The position numbers and the translations under genes are program-made. Under the pieces are notes generated by a model, which was not told where the DNA came from, searched no databases, and was given only the letters and a program-made list of their open reading frames with translations. Positions 1-11,289 of a stretch of 64,000 bases of DNA are shown one piece after another. The stretch is from Mobula birostris. Lineage: Eukaryota. The stretch's first letter is position 1, and the number at the start of each line of letters is the position of its first letter. The DNA is taken from the NCBI RefSeq assembly GCF_030028105.1, contig NC_092390.1, positions 42,452,777 to 42,516,776 on the forward strand, read 5' to 3'.

Positions 1-1399
1 AGATGTGTCCAGAAGAATCAGTAGATGTATGTACACAGTGAGTCTGATTTGTGGTGTAAAACATTACAACCAGTACTTGTACAGGAGAGAGTTTACCTTC
101 GATACTGATCATCAACCACTAGTGTCCATTTTTAATCCACAGAAGGGTGTTCCACTAACAACATAAGCATGAATGCAGAGAGGTTATTTGTTTCTTGGAG
201 GTCACAAGTACAAGATAGAATTCCCGAGAATGGCTAATCATGGAAATGCTGATGAATTGTTCCATTTACCTTTGGAAAAGTAAATACTAGAAAAAAGGAC
301 ACTCCTCTTGATGTACTCCTCCCTAATGCAAATTGAATTATTTCTATTACAGCAGAGATTATCAAAAGGGAAACTAGAAAAGACCCCTCACTGTTTCAGA
401 TCTACAAGGCCACCCAAAATGTCTGGAATCTGCAGCAGAAATTCCAGCTTCCCAATTTTTACCAGCACTAGTATGAACTTGTCCTTGACGGAGATTGTTT
501 ACTCTGGGGATTAAAAGTTATTGTACCATCCAAGTTGAGAGCTAAAGTGTTGGAGGAGGTACATGCTGGTCATCTGTGTGTGGTCAAAATGAAAACATTG
601 GCTTGAAGCTTTATCTGGTGGCCTGAGATAGATCAGCAGATCAGGCAACATTTGGGATGCCAAAATGCCTAAAAGATGCCAAGAGCAGTGCCTCTCTATC
701 TTTGGGGATGGCCTACATTGCCCTGGCAGTGGATTCATGTGGATTTTGCCAGACCATTCATGAGCACAAATTACTTGGTAGTAGTGCTTGCAGCTATAAA
801 TTGGCCAGAAGTGTTCCCAATAGCTTTGCACTACACCTTGCATATTGCTGATGTGTTGAGAAGCCTCTTCTCAAGGACTGGTGTTCCAGAACACCTAGTC
901 AGTGACAATGGACCACAGTTTGCTGCAGAGCTCTAATGCATTCCTGAAAACGTAAGGAAAGATATATTACATCTGCTCTGTACCACCCAGCCACAAATGG
1001 CGTGGTGGAGAGGTTTGTTGAGAATCCAAAGAATGCACTGCAAGCAATGTCAGCAGAACACACTACACTGACATTGAATTAGAAGCTCACCAATTTCCTC
1101 CTTGCACATCACAACACAGCACACTCCACAACCAACAATCACCAGCTATGCTGTTACTGGCCCATCTCTTGTGCTCACACCTGGATGTTAACCAAATTCT
1201 GTCTTCTAAGGAGTATGCAGGGCAAACAGCTGAGACAAACTGCGGGCTCCTCAAACAAGGAGGTGTGATATTACACTCTTGGACAAGCAGTCCTAGTGAG
1301 GGACTACAGAGGTAATCAAAAGTGGATACTTGGAAAGGTTAAAGACATAACATGAGATGCATTCATTTGAGTTGGAGTTTTTTGCTAAGCAGGGAGGAG
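1..1399 (+). mobile_element. Ty3/Gypsy LTR-retrotransposon pol remnant (RNase H + integrase), frameshifted
   Basis: Translations GVKHYNQYLYRREFTFDTDHQPLVSIF..HGNAD (RNase H), HAGHLCVVKMKTLA*SFIWWPEIDQQI (integrase zinc-binding domain), PWQWIHVDFARPF..LFSRTGVPEHLVSDNGPQF (rve core); multiple stops and frameshifts. Confidence 0.9.
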
Positions 1400-1647
1400 T
1401 GTTGTGTATTTAATATTTCAGTAATATTTGAGTAATATTGTGAATATATTGTTTGATTAAGCATTCTTTGTTGCTTAAATAATTCATTATGGGATATATG
1501 TAAAAGTACGTAAATGGCACATGTCATTATGCCACCACATCACGTGTGCACCTCACTAAAGCAAAAACAAAGCAAAGCACAAGCATCACCTAGGTCTGTC
1601 TTTTTTCCTTCAATTAGTTTTATGTTTTGGAGTTACAAAACTTATCA
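1400..1647 (+). repeat. Putative 3' LTR of the Gypsy element
   Basis: Polypurine tract AGCAGGGAGGAG directly followed by TGTTGTG at 1400; AT-rich; plausible ...CTTATCA end at 1647. Confidence 0.6.
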
Positions 1648-2513
1648 AGTTATAAGCAATTAATTGAAATCTGATGTTAATTATTGAATGCCCCATTCAA
1701 TTCTAATTAGTAACAGGCAATTAAATATAAATATTTTTGATTTTTTTCTTCAAGATATGACCAACGAAAAATGGTTTGTGCTTTTATACAAAATGGTGCA
1801 ATTTTTGTATTTGTGTCTTGTTTCCACCATTTTTAGTGACGTGTTGTTTTTGGCAAACCTAGCATTTATTAGATAAAGAGGTTTTATCGGACCTTCTTCC
1901 TGTGTCACTGAAACAGTGTGACTCTACTGAATGTGTTGTGGCTATTTAAGAGGGTAGTGGGGGAATAAGAGTGATGTACAATCAGGAAAGGGTCTGGCAG
2001 CTGCTGTTCTTTGATTAAAGCATATGCAGAACACGGCAGCCTCGGGATCAATTTTGTTGATGCTAATGTTTTATTCACAGATTTTTTTAAAAAACAATTC
2101 AGATTCCCACTGTGCAATTTGAGCTGTTGTTCTCTTAATGATTAATCCAGAAGTACAACAATGCACTGAGGTATCACGTTCAATAGCTGATCAAAATGAG
2201 CACTGACCAGTTTCCAGAGGTGTAGCATATTAGTCTTGGGTGCAATGGGATATAAATTAATATATTTGGTGTTTGTTTCTCTGTACATAGATCCAATGGC
2301 TGAATTTTACAAGGCTATTTCTTTGAGATCACTGAGCAAATTCAAATGGCTAGCATAGAATTTTAATTTATTGCTGTCAGCAAGGAATTCAGAAAGGAAG
2401 ACATTGATTTGTCACATGCACTTGTACTGCTATGTGGAAACTTATCTGGATATCCTAACCCCAGTTCCTTGGGTGGTGTCTCATCAAACAAATCTCTCCG
2501 CTAAGAGCAGCAA

Positions 2514-2915
2514 ATCATAAGAATGCGAGAAAAGAGCAGTAGGAAGAATCCACTTGGCCTGTCAAGGCTGCCCCATCCTTCAAAACAATCGTGACTGATC
2601 TGGTTCAGGGCTCCTCCCTTCTCTGCCAGTCCTCCACAGCCGTCAGTCGTCCAATCTTTCAAAGCTGTATCTACTTCTACTTTAAATATCTCCGATGATC
2701 TACTTTTCACAATCCTTTTGTAGAGAGAACTCTAAAGGTTTACCACCTTCTATGAGAAAACAATCCTACATTCCTCGGTTTTAAATGACCACCCCTGATC
2801 TTGTAACGATGTCCTCAAGCTCAAGGTTCTCCCACTAATAAATATCTACACTGTCATGTTTCCTAAGGATGCTGTATGTTTCAATAAAATCACCCCTTAT
2901 TCTTCTAAATTTCAA
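2514..2915 (-). mobile_element. Old CR1-type LINE 3' fragment
   Basis: Reverse complement resembles the 3' ORF end and UTR of the CR1 copies at 39500-39814 and 53600-53848. Confidence 0.7.
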
Positions 2916-3324
2916 AGAAGGAATTTAATTTTAAATTGGTCAGATGTAGATTCTGCACTATCATTGTAGGTTGTTTTCAATTTTCAATGGTGTACATTTC
3001 ATACCTTAATTACATGCTGTTCTTTTTCATAAAGAATGTTGAAAATAAATTAAATATTATAAGTAGTTTGTGGCTCATAAAGATAATTATTTTCATGAAT
3101 ATTGTGAAAACATAGATCCAGCAAACAAGGATTTGCTAAAGAGGACTGTGTTGTAAGTTACTACCATTGCCTGGATAAAAAGAAAATGTGATCTGTATGT
3201 GCTAAAGGAAAGAGAAAGAAAACTGAATGCCAGTAAAACCAGTAATTATATACAGCATCCATTAATAAAATAATTAAAATCATCAATTATATTGTTAAAT
3301 TAATCAGCATACGTTGCAAGATAA

Positions 3325-3532
3325 GCCGGCTGGTGGTATAGAGGCATCCACACCGGACTTCGAGGCGAGTGGTCCCGGGCTTGGATCTGGCCAGCTACTT
3401 GCACACTTTCCATCCGTGCTGGGTTGAGTGTTGAGCTTGCAATTTGGCCTCGTAAAGAACAGACAAAAGTTGCTAAGGAAATGGCAAGGTTGCTGCCAGA
3501 TGTGCCACAAGGCACGGAGAGGGACAGCAACA
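3325..3532 (+). mobile_element. tRNA-derived SINE
   Basis: tRNA-like head with A-box-like TGGTGGTATAGAGG and degenerate B-box GGCTTGGATC; (ACA)-type tail. Confidence 0.6.
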
Positions 3533-3544
3533 TTACAAGGAGTA

Positions 3545-4553
3545 CTCCCTACGCAACTCTCTTGTCCATTCATCCTTCTCTGCTGATCTCCCTCCTGGCA
3601 CTTATCCATGCAAGCGGAACAGGTGCTACATCTGCCCCAACACCTTGTCCCTCACTACTATTCAGGGCCCCAAACAGTACTTCTAGGCGAGGCGACACTT
3701 CACCTCTGAGTCTGTAGGGGACATCTATTGCATCTGGTGCTCCTGGTGTGGCATCTTGTGTATTGGTGAGACCTGACGTAGATTGTGAGACCACTTCGCC
3801 AAGCACCGCTTCTCCATCCACCAGAAAAAGTGGGGTGACCACTTCACATTCCCATTCTGACATGTCCATCCATAGCTTCCTCTGCTGTCACGATGAGGCA
3901 TACTCAGGTTGGAGGAGTAACACCTCATATTCCGTCTTGGTAGCCTCCAACCTAATGGCATGAACATCAACTTCCTGAACTTCCAGTGATGGCCTCCCAC
4001 TTCTCTATTCCCCATCCCCTATCCCTCTCTCACCTTATCCCTTTCCTGCCCTTGTGGCTAAAGGGATCAGGGGTATGGAGGGAAGGCTGGTACAGGGTTC
4101 TGAGTTGGATGATCAGCCATGATCATACTGAATGGCGGTGCAGGCTCAAAGGGCCAAATGGCCTACTCCTGCACCTATTTTCTATGTTTCTATGTTTCTA
4201 TGTTTGCCCATCACCTCATCTGGTGTTCTTCCCTCTTTTTCTTTCTCCCATGGCCTTCTGTCCTCTCCTGTCAAATTCCCCCTTCTCCAGCCCTGTATCT
4301 CTTTCACCAACCAACTTCCCAAGCCTTTGGTTCACCCCTCCTTGTTTCACCCATCACCTTGTGTTTCTTTCTCCCTTCCCCCCACCTTCTAACTCTGACC
4401 CCTCATCCTTTTTTCTGAGTCCTGCTGAAGGGTCTCGGCCCAAAATGTCGACTGTACTCTTTTCCACAGATGCTGCCTGGCCTGCTGAGTTCCTCCAGCA
4501 TTTTGTGTGTGTCGCTTGGATTTCCAGCATCTGCAGATTTTCTCTAGTCCGTG
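3545..4553 (+). mobile_element. Penelope-like element 3' part (GIY-YIG remnant + pseudo-LTR), interrupted by a CR1 tail
   Basis: Homologous to 32226-32860 (YIGET..DHFA, LGSLQPNGMNINF); tail AGATGCTGCCTGGCCTGCTGAGTTCCTCCAGC; degenerate hammerhead at 4418-4453. Confidence 0.85.
4048..4204 (+). mobile_element. CR1 3' terminus nested in Penelope
   Basis: Near-identical to 53694-53848; ends in (CTATGTTT)n. Confidence 0.85.
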
Positions 4554-4959
4554 ATTGGATTAGTCCACTATTACAGATTATTTCACTTTGGAATATATGT
4601 TGAAGGAAATTAAACATTCAATTGCATGATTATGGGATGACTGGCTTTCTGGAGACTCTGAACAGATAAAAGAAAGGTTCTGATGAAGTGTGACATTGAA
4701 TACTAAAAATATAAACATTGCGACATAACAAAAAATGTGTCATATTACGAAATCTGGATGTTTTGCAACTTGGAGAGAATCCTGTAGGCATTGGTGTTTC
4801 TGCGCATTTGTTGCCTTGAGGTTCTGGGTTAGTGACATGCTCAGAGTAAGGTAGGCAAATCAGTGTAAGTAAGTCTGTCCCGAGCCTTATAGGCTCATCA
4901 GGCGGGTGCTTATGCCGGTTTTGGCAAATAAGTGCAGGTGGTACAAACTGCAGCTACTT

Positions 4960-5960
4960 TGAGCCAGTGATGTAGAGCATGAATGAATAGAGAGGTGGTT
5001 GGTGTCAAGCTTTTGAGTCATCCAGTGCCAGATATCTGGTCTCAAACCTGCTCTTGTAGCTACAGTATTTGTTTTGCTGGTCCAGTTAATTTCTGATCAA
5101 TGGTCGGCCTAGGATTCTGATATTCGCATGCCAAACAATGGTAAAGCTGTGGAATCACCCTCCAGTTGGAAAAGGTTTTTGACTGGCACTTCTGCTGCAT
5201 GAACATTGCTTGCTGCACATTAGCCTGTATTTGAACATTGTCTAGGTCTTTCCACTTTAGCTGATTTGTTGTGAAGTAGGAATGGAATGGGACTCTGAAC
5301 ATCAGTCAACATTCTCATTCCTGATAATGGAAGGAACGCCATGAATAAAGCAGCTGAAGATGGCTGGACTGAAGACACTGCCCTACAGTGATGTCCTAGA
5401 GCTGAGATGATTGACTGCCAACAAACAACCACCTTGCTTATGCAAGGTACAGTCATAATCATTGTGACATCTACCCCTCAATCCCTATTGAGTTCAGCTT
5501 TACCAAAGCATGGGTTGTGATGCTCAAATCCTCCCTGGAATTCATCTCTTAGGGCCACAGTTAGATAAAATCTCTGATGAGTTCTAGAGCCAAGTTCTCT
5601 TGGCAAAACTCAAAATGGCCAGTAGTCTGCTGGTTATTTGTGAGCAGGTGTTACTTGCTGTCAATGGCAGCTACAACTTTTATCACTTTGTTGCTGATTG
5701 AAATTAAGACAAATAGGGCAGGAGATTAAACTGGATTTGCTTTGGCTTTTGTGAACAGCTCATAACTCGGCAAACTTCCACGGTGTCTGGCAGTAGATGC
5801 CAGTACTGTAACTGCATTAACAACTTAGCTGGAAAAGTGACTAATTTTAAAGTGCACGTCTCCAGTCGTAGTCCTGTAGCCTTGACTGTCTCCAGTGCTC
5901 TCAGCTATTTCTTGCTGTCATATGGCATAAATCAAATTTGCTAAGGATTAGCATCTATGG
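4960..5960 (-). mobile_element. Highly degenerate CR1/L2-clade LINE RT fragment
   Basis: Minus strand near 5320-5400 reads like ..GSVFSPAIFSCFI..PSIIR (VPQGSVLGP..F..FINDLP-type RT motif). Confidence 0.55.
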
Positions 5961-6234
5961 TAGTGGAGATCTCAGGATCTCCTTATGTCATTTTCACATT
6001 ATTTTCTTAAGAAGAATAATGACATTAAAAGTTCGTTGATATCTGCTGGTTTGTTTATATTTAATGCAACTAATACTAGCCTACAAGCTAACAAAGATTT
6101 TAAAAAGCTGTTCAGCTGTTCATTTGGGAGAGGTTAGTGCCGTTGTTCCCAGACTGAGTCATAAATAGAAGTCTTCAAATAATGTGATCCAATGAGATCA
6201 TAAAGTAACATATTCGGAGGACAAAATGATGAAA

Positions 6235-7030
6235 GAAAAACAGGAAGTATTGGAAATGCTCATCAGCAGCATATCCAGAGTGAGAAACAGTTTCATTTCA
6301 AGTCTATTCAACAAAACTACATAAAGTTAAAGATAAGGCTGTTTTAACCTGGAGAGAAAGAGAAAGGGAGGGAGGAAAGGACAAAGGGGGTTTAGGATGG
6401 AAGTTACATTAAATTGGAAAAGGAGTGATGGTGCGTCTGGTAAATTAGAAATGGTAGTGGGATAAATAAGTAACAAGCAATGGGTGTAGACAAGGATAAA
6501 TGACATTCATGGAAATTTTGACATTGTTCAACAAAATGTTGGGTCAGGGATGTAACATGATGTGTCTGGCTGATTGGAAAATGAAGTGTGGCTCCTCAAG
6601 TTTATGTTCAGCTTCACTGGGACTGTATAGGAAACTTAGGAATTAGAGATCAGAGTGGTAGTGAATTATAAAATTAATGTTAAGTGACTGAAAATGTGCG
6701 GCATTCACTTGAAGCTTTAACTAAAGCAGTTTGCAAACCTGGATCATGAATGGAGAGCACTATATTGATTGTTTCAGCTGGGAAGAGTTGCCTTGCCTTG
6801 CTAGAATGTAGGAAGGAAGGATATCAAAGAACAGGTATTTCTGCACAGTAAGAGACGGTTTGATAACAACTGAGGAGTGAACTATGATATCAAGGAGGGA
6901 ACAAACATTCCGTTTGAATCATTGTCTGGGTAGGAGAGGGAAATGTTGTTTGATGGGAACATCAGACTTGATGTAATGAAACTGGTAGAAGAAAATGGAG
7001 GCTCATAGTGTGGAACATCAGGATAAGGAA
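6235..7030 (-). mobile_element. Old Penelope-like element remnant
   Basis: Diverged similarity to the pseudo-LTR and GIY-YIG region of 42358-43255; purine-rich tract. Confidence 0.55.
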
Positions 7031-8409
7031 TGAGTTTCTTGGCTGAATATGGGCCTCAGTGTTTTACACACCAGAAATTGTCATCCTGTCCAATGAATTC
7101 ATCAGTATGAACAGATGGAAATTATACATCATCTGACTGAATATTGCCTGACTCAGTACCATTTTTCTAATTGACTAGTATTCTCAATAAAACTAAAATA
7201 CATGGAAACAGCATTTGAACCAGATCAGAGTTTACATAACCTGAGGTCTCTTGGAATCCAAGACAATTAGATTGCACTTGGAAAACTACATTCAGAGAAA
7301 TGCAATTCAGATAAGGTATCTAGAAAATGTTGGAAAATCCTCCCAAGTCTTATTTCCAGGAAGGTCTGGCAAATGGATAAGTGGGGGTGGGGGTTGGGGA
7401 GCTAGGAGGAAATAGAGTGCAAGGATTCAGAAGTTAAGAGTTACCTCATACCTGAATAGAATCAATCCCTTCATGCTCAGTGGTAACATTTTCTACAGGA
7501 GTGGAAGAGAATACAAGTGAGTATAACCCTGGACTAACAAGTAGCTTCTGTTATTTAATTCAAATTACGTTCCAATTGTAATGTTCAATTATATGCGAAG
7601 TGGAAGCTCCCAAAGAGGTTTGATTTATACTAATTTACGATTCAGCTTTCAGCAATTGAATGGGCTGATTTGACATGTAGCATGTAATATGGTCCAGATT
7701 TGCCAATGACCAACTTCTCTGCTGTTTAATATCTCAATAAACTTACTTTGCTTTTCTAACTTTATTAAACAAGCTTGGTAATAAACACTATCTTAGAGTG
7801 TCAAGGTACTGAAAGTGTATGTGCTAACCTTATTCATTTTCAGGTGTATATTTGTCCATATATGTGTAGGTACGCTACCCAGAGAATTCCAGCAGTTATC
7901 TTGTCAGGAAATCATTTTGTATTAATATAGAACTGAATATCACGTAAAGAATTTGACATACATTTGTTCCAATTTTACTGCCAGTTCTGAAGGAAGGTCA
8001 TCACCCTGAAACTTTAATTTGGTTTCTATTTCGACAGATGTTGGCTGACCTGTTAAATGCTTCTAGTGTTTTTTTAATATTTTCTGGCAACAAAGCTTTT
8101 TATTCCTGAGAGTTAATGCAAGAATAGTTGCTAGATGAATAATTGTATTCTCTTTATCCATTGCTGTTGGTAGGCAACAAAGAGCAACACTCAGACTGTC
8201 TGTGGAAGATGTTGGACTTTGTCCTAAAGCAGCCTCTATCCTTCCTTGGATGGCAGCTTGATGTCAAAACCAAATTCCCATGGCATTGACATAATGCAGG
8301 TTCTAAACTCCTCGCTGCCTCTAGGCAGTCCAAGATCACCTGATCTGGACACTGATCTAACTTGTAGAAAGATTGCTTTGAAAAGGATAAAGTAACCATA
8401 GGGAGAGGA

Positions 8410-8550
8410 GCAACATAAAAAGTGCTGGAAGAACTCAGCCTACATGAAGGGTCTTGACCTGAGATGTTACCTCCCCATTTCCCTCTGTAGATGCAACCTG
8501 ACCTATTGAGTTCCTTCAGTGTTTTATGAGTTGCTACACCTTGCAGCATC
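8410..8550. mobile_element. Old short Penelope fold-back remnant
   Basis: GCAACATAAAAAGTGCTGGAAGAACTCAG is inverted relative to TGAGTTCCTTCAGTGTTTTATGAGTTGC; degenerate hammerhead TGAAGGGTCTTGACCTGAGATGTT. Confidence 0.6.
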
Positions 8551-9134
8551 TGTAGCCTCTTGTGTCTCCACTGGGGAGGAGGTCCTAGGGCAACAGTGAT
8601 TCGTACTGTAGTATGAACTGGGACTTGACATATTAACTTTTTGTTTTACATGGGTGCTGCCTGATCTACTGAGTGTTTCCAATATATTCTGTTTTTTTTT
8701 CACAGATTCTCAGCATCTGTAGTTTTTTTTTCCAGTTTCATTTACTGAGTGATGTTTACTATTCTTGCAAGCCCCCCTGAATAGCACATTAGCTCTTCTT
8801 GCCTCCAGATAAAATTACCATCTTGGTTTATATCACTTCTCAGCAATGAGCTTTGTATTTTATAAATGCAATTGGATTCCCAAGATTGCAAGGGATGCTT
8901 ATTTACTAGAATAAGAGACCTAATGCCTGGACAATGTGAGCAGGCAAAGCAGCCTTAATATGACCTCAAGGAACCATGATGTCCTCTGTGATTCTCAACA
9001 TCTGGCTACCCTTCCCCACAGACACAAAGTGGGCACTTACCATTATGAATTTCTGACTCAGATTTCCACCACAAAAAGATCAGATTTAAAACTCAGTTAA
9101 TAGGAAATAATTACTGCCAGTGAAATAAGGGCAT

Positions 9135-9435
9135 TACAGTGGTCCAGCACATAGATTCGCTTCTTCATAGCTGTGGGGATCTGAGCTTAATTCTGACTTC
9201 TGGTGCTGCCTATGTAGAGTCTGCAATTCCCCTGATTGCTTCATATGTCTCCTCAAAGCGTCCTGGTGCTCCAGTTCCCTTCTCATTCATAAGGGTGTGA
9301 GGTTTGGAGGGTTAATTTTACATTGTAAATTGCCTCATGCAGGTTGGTGGTAGAATTGAAGGGAATGTGGGAAGAATTAATTACAGGGAAATGGCATTGC
9401 TCAATGAGCCAACATAGCCTCATTCAGCCAAGTGG
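9135..9435 (+). mobile_element. Degenerate V-SINE/HE1-like SINE
   Basis: GGTGCTCCAGTTCCCT..GGTTAATT..ATTGTAAATTGCC core shared with other SINE copies in the window. Confidence 0.6.
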
Positions 9436-9833
9436 AAATAAGGAAACATGGATATAATGCAACATGACAGAATGCTAAAAAGACTGGCAGGAAGATGATA
9501 GTCCTATTATCAACCTATTAGAATATGTCTATGAAGGTTCTCAATCACCCAGGTCATTGCATATCAAGCACTAGTAAATCAAGGCAACTGGAGTTGCTGT
9601 GTCATCTAGAAAGTGTTTCGCTACTCATCCGAGAGGCTTCTTCAACTCTGATCCATGGTAGGTAGTTTTCCAGCTTATTAACTCTGTGAGTTGTTTAAGG
9701 GCATTGCAATCACATGAGGGTTGTTAGGAATCATAGAGGTAATGAGAGCGTCATTAGTCTTATCTTTGCATGAATGAAGGTGTGAACTGTTGAGGAGACG
9801 CTGGGGTAAAGATGTGAGGACTTCATTGTAAGT

Positions 9834-10246
9834 CTCTTCTTTGGCTGTCCATCGATTTTGATGTTGACTATGCTGAGAGTTTAGTCTCTGCAGGCACATT
9901 TATGGGCCACAAGACCAGCATTGGATTGGCACTGTCTCCCACGTCGGTTGCATTTGTGATTTGACTGGTCTAGCACCGAATGTCTGCGTTCATGACCTGC
10001 TTCATATTTCTTCTGCCTTTTCTCCTCGATAGCTGGGATTGACTTCTTGACAATGCAGTGCCAACTTCTTCTGTCCAAAGTCAGTGTTCTTCATATGGTG
10101 CTTGAGCACGTCTTTGTAGAGCAGCTTCTGACCTCCATGCTTCCTCATTCCTTCATGTAGCTGGCCACAGAAACCAGCTAAGCGAGCATCACTCATTCTT
10201 GTGACATGACCAGTCCAACGCAGCTGAGAAGCTGTAATGAGTGATT
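9834..10246 (-). mobile_element. RTE-clade LINE 3' fragment
   Basis: [39 protein letters not shown]-terminal CNRRGRQCQSNAGLVAHKCAC, then a GATGGACAGCCAAAGAAGA tail. Confidence 0.85.
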
Positions 10247-10345
10247 CTCTCATTACTTCTATGACTCTTAATGACCCTCATGTGATTGCTATACCTTCAA
10301 ACAACTCTCAGAGTTTATCAGCTGGAAAACTAACCACCATGGATC

Positions 10346-10388
10346 AGAGCTGAAGAAGCCTCTTGGATGAGGGGGTGAAATGTCTTCT
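10346..10388 (+). ncRNA. Hammerhead ribozyme motif (second Penelope family)
   Basis: AGAG-CTGAAGA-A-GCCTCTT(GGATG)AGGGGGT-GAAA-TGTC-TTCT: stems I and II pair, core present, minimal stem III. Confidence 0.65.
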
Positions 10389-11058
10389 AGACCACACGGT
10401 AAGTCCAGTTGCCTCGATTTACCTCTGCTCAATATAACCTACTAGAAGGGTTCAAGCGCTGATGGATGGCAGATGCTAATGTTGAGTTATGGCAGAAAAA
10501 TAATCTGAATTCCAGATTCATGCTGACCATGATTTATGTGGATCATTGGGCAAAACTTTTATATTCAAGTGCATTGTGTCTTATGCTAGAATTGCTCACA
10601 ACCAAAGCACTTTCTGTGTGTCTCCCAATGATGACATTGGCAATGATTTGAAAATTTTGTGTTTCATTTATTGAGAGGAGACATAAAGACTAACAGAAGA
10701 CAAATAAAGTCTACTAGCAGTTTAAGCAAACACAGTTGATTTTTTATTGGTAGTTAACTGTCACTGGGAATTTATGTGAGAAGATTTGGAATTTATTTCA
10801 GAACAGGTCCCATTCACTTATCCACTTTGAGGCCAAAACCAAACAGTAAAGGCAGTCACTAAGGTCCTCACCATTTGGAATAATGCCAGCTTCAGAAAGA
10901 GGAACAGGAGCCTGAAGACTCACTCAACCATTCAGAAACATCTTCTTCCCCTCTGCCACCAGATTTCTGAACAGTCCATAAATCCATGAATACTAGCAAG
11001 TCACATCAAAGTTGCTGGTGAACACAGCAGGCCAGGTAGCATCTCTAGGAAGAGGTAC

Positions 11059-11094
11059 AGTCGACATTTCGGGCCGAGACCCTTCGTCAGGACT
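11059..11094 (-). ncRNA. Minimal hammerhead ribozyme motif
   Basis: Reverse complement AGTC-CTGACGA-A-GGGTCTCGGCCC-GAAA-TGTC-GACT. Confidence 0.7.
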
Positions 11095-11112
11095 AGTTCG
11101 TCAGGCCTGGTT

Positions 11113-11148
11113 AGTCCTGACGAAGGGTCTCGGCCTGAAACGTCAACT
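11113..11148 (+). ncRNA. Minimal hammerhead ribozyme motif
   Basis: AGTC-CTGACGA-A-GGGTCTCGGCCT-GAAA-CGTC-AACT. Confidence 0.7.
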
Positions 11149-11289
11149 GTACCTCTTCCTAGAGATGCTGCCTGGCCTGCTGCGTTCACCAGCAACTTTG
11201 ATGTGTGTTGCTTGAATTTCCAGCGTCTGCAGAATTCCTCGTGTTTGCATCCATGAATACTAGTTCCTTTTTTGTGAAGATAATTTAAA

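Larger units (their letters stand above)
9524..10435. mobile_element. Composite insertion: Penelope(-) / RTE 3' end(-) / inverted Penelope(+), with TSD
   Basis: Arms ~9560-9748 and 10247-10435 are inverted repeats; flanks AACCTATTAGAA (9512-9523) and AACCTACTAGAA (10436-10447); TYNEVLTSLPQRL resembles a Penelope ORF C-terminus. Confidence 0.8.
10997..11248. mobile_element. Palindromic mini-Penelope (two inverted pseudo-LTR ends) with 15-bp TSD
   Basis: ~95-bp arms 11002-11095 / 11112-11206; ATCCATGAATACTAG at 10982-10996 and 11249-11263; inserted into an older Rex1 3' fragment. Confidence 0.9.

Noticed and set aside
3325-3400. tRNA gene
   Set aside because: Degenerate boxes and a continuing body and tail indicate a SINE head, not a functional tRNA
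4866-4925. CTGATGA on the minus strand as another hammerhead
   Set aside because: No GAAA after the GCC/GGC stem; looks like a short SINE/LINE tail
11001-11215. Recurring small ORFs MLVN(A/T)AGQAASLGRGTVDVSGRDPSSG as a peptide family
   Set aside because: Antisense translations of the Penelope pseudo-LTR/hammerhead; recurrence reflects repeat copy number
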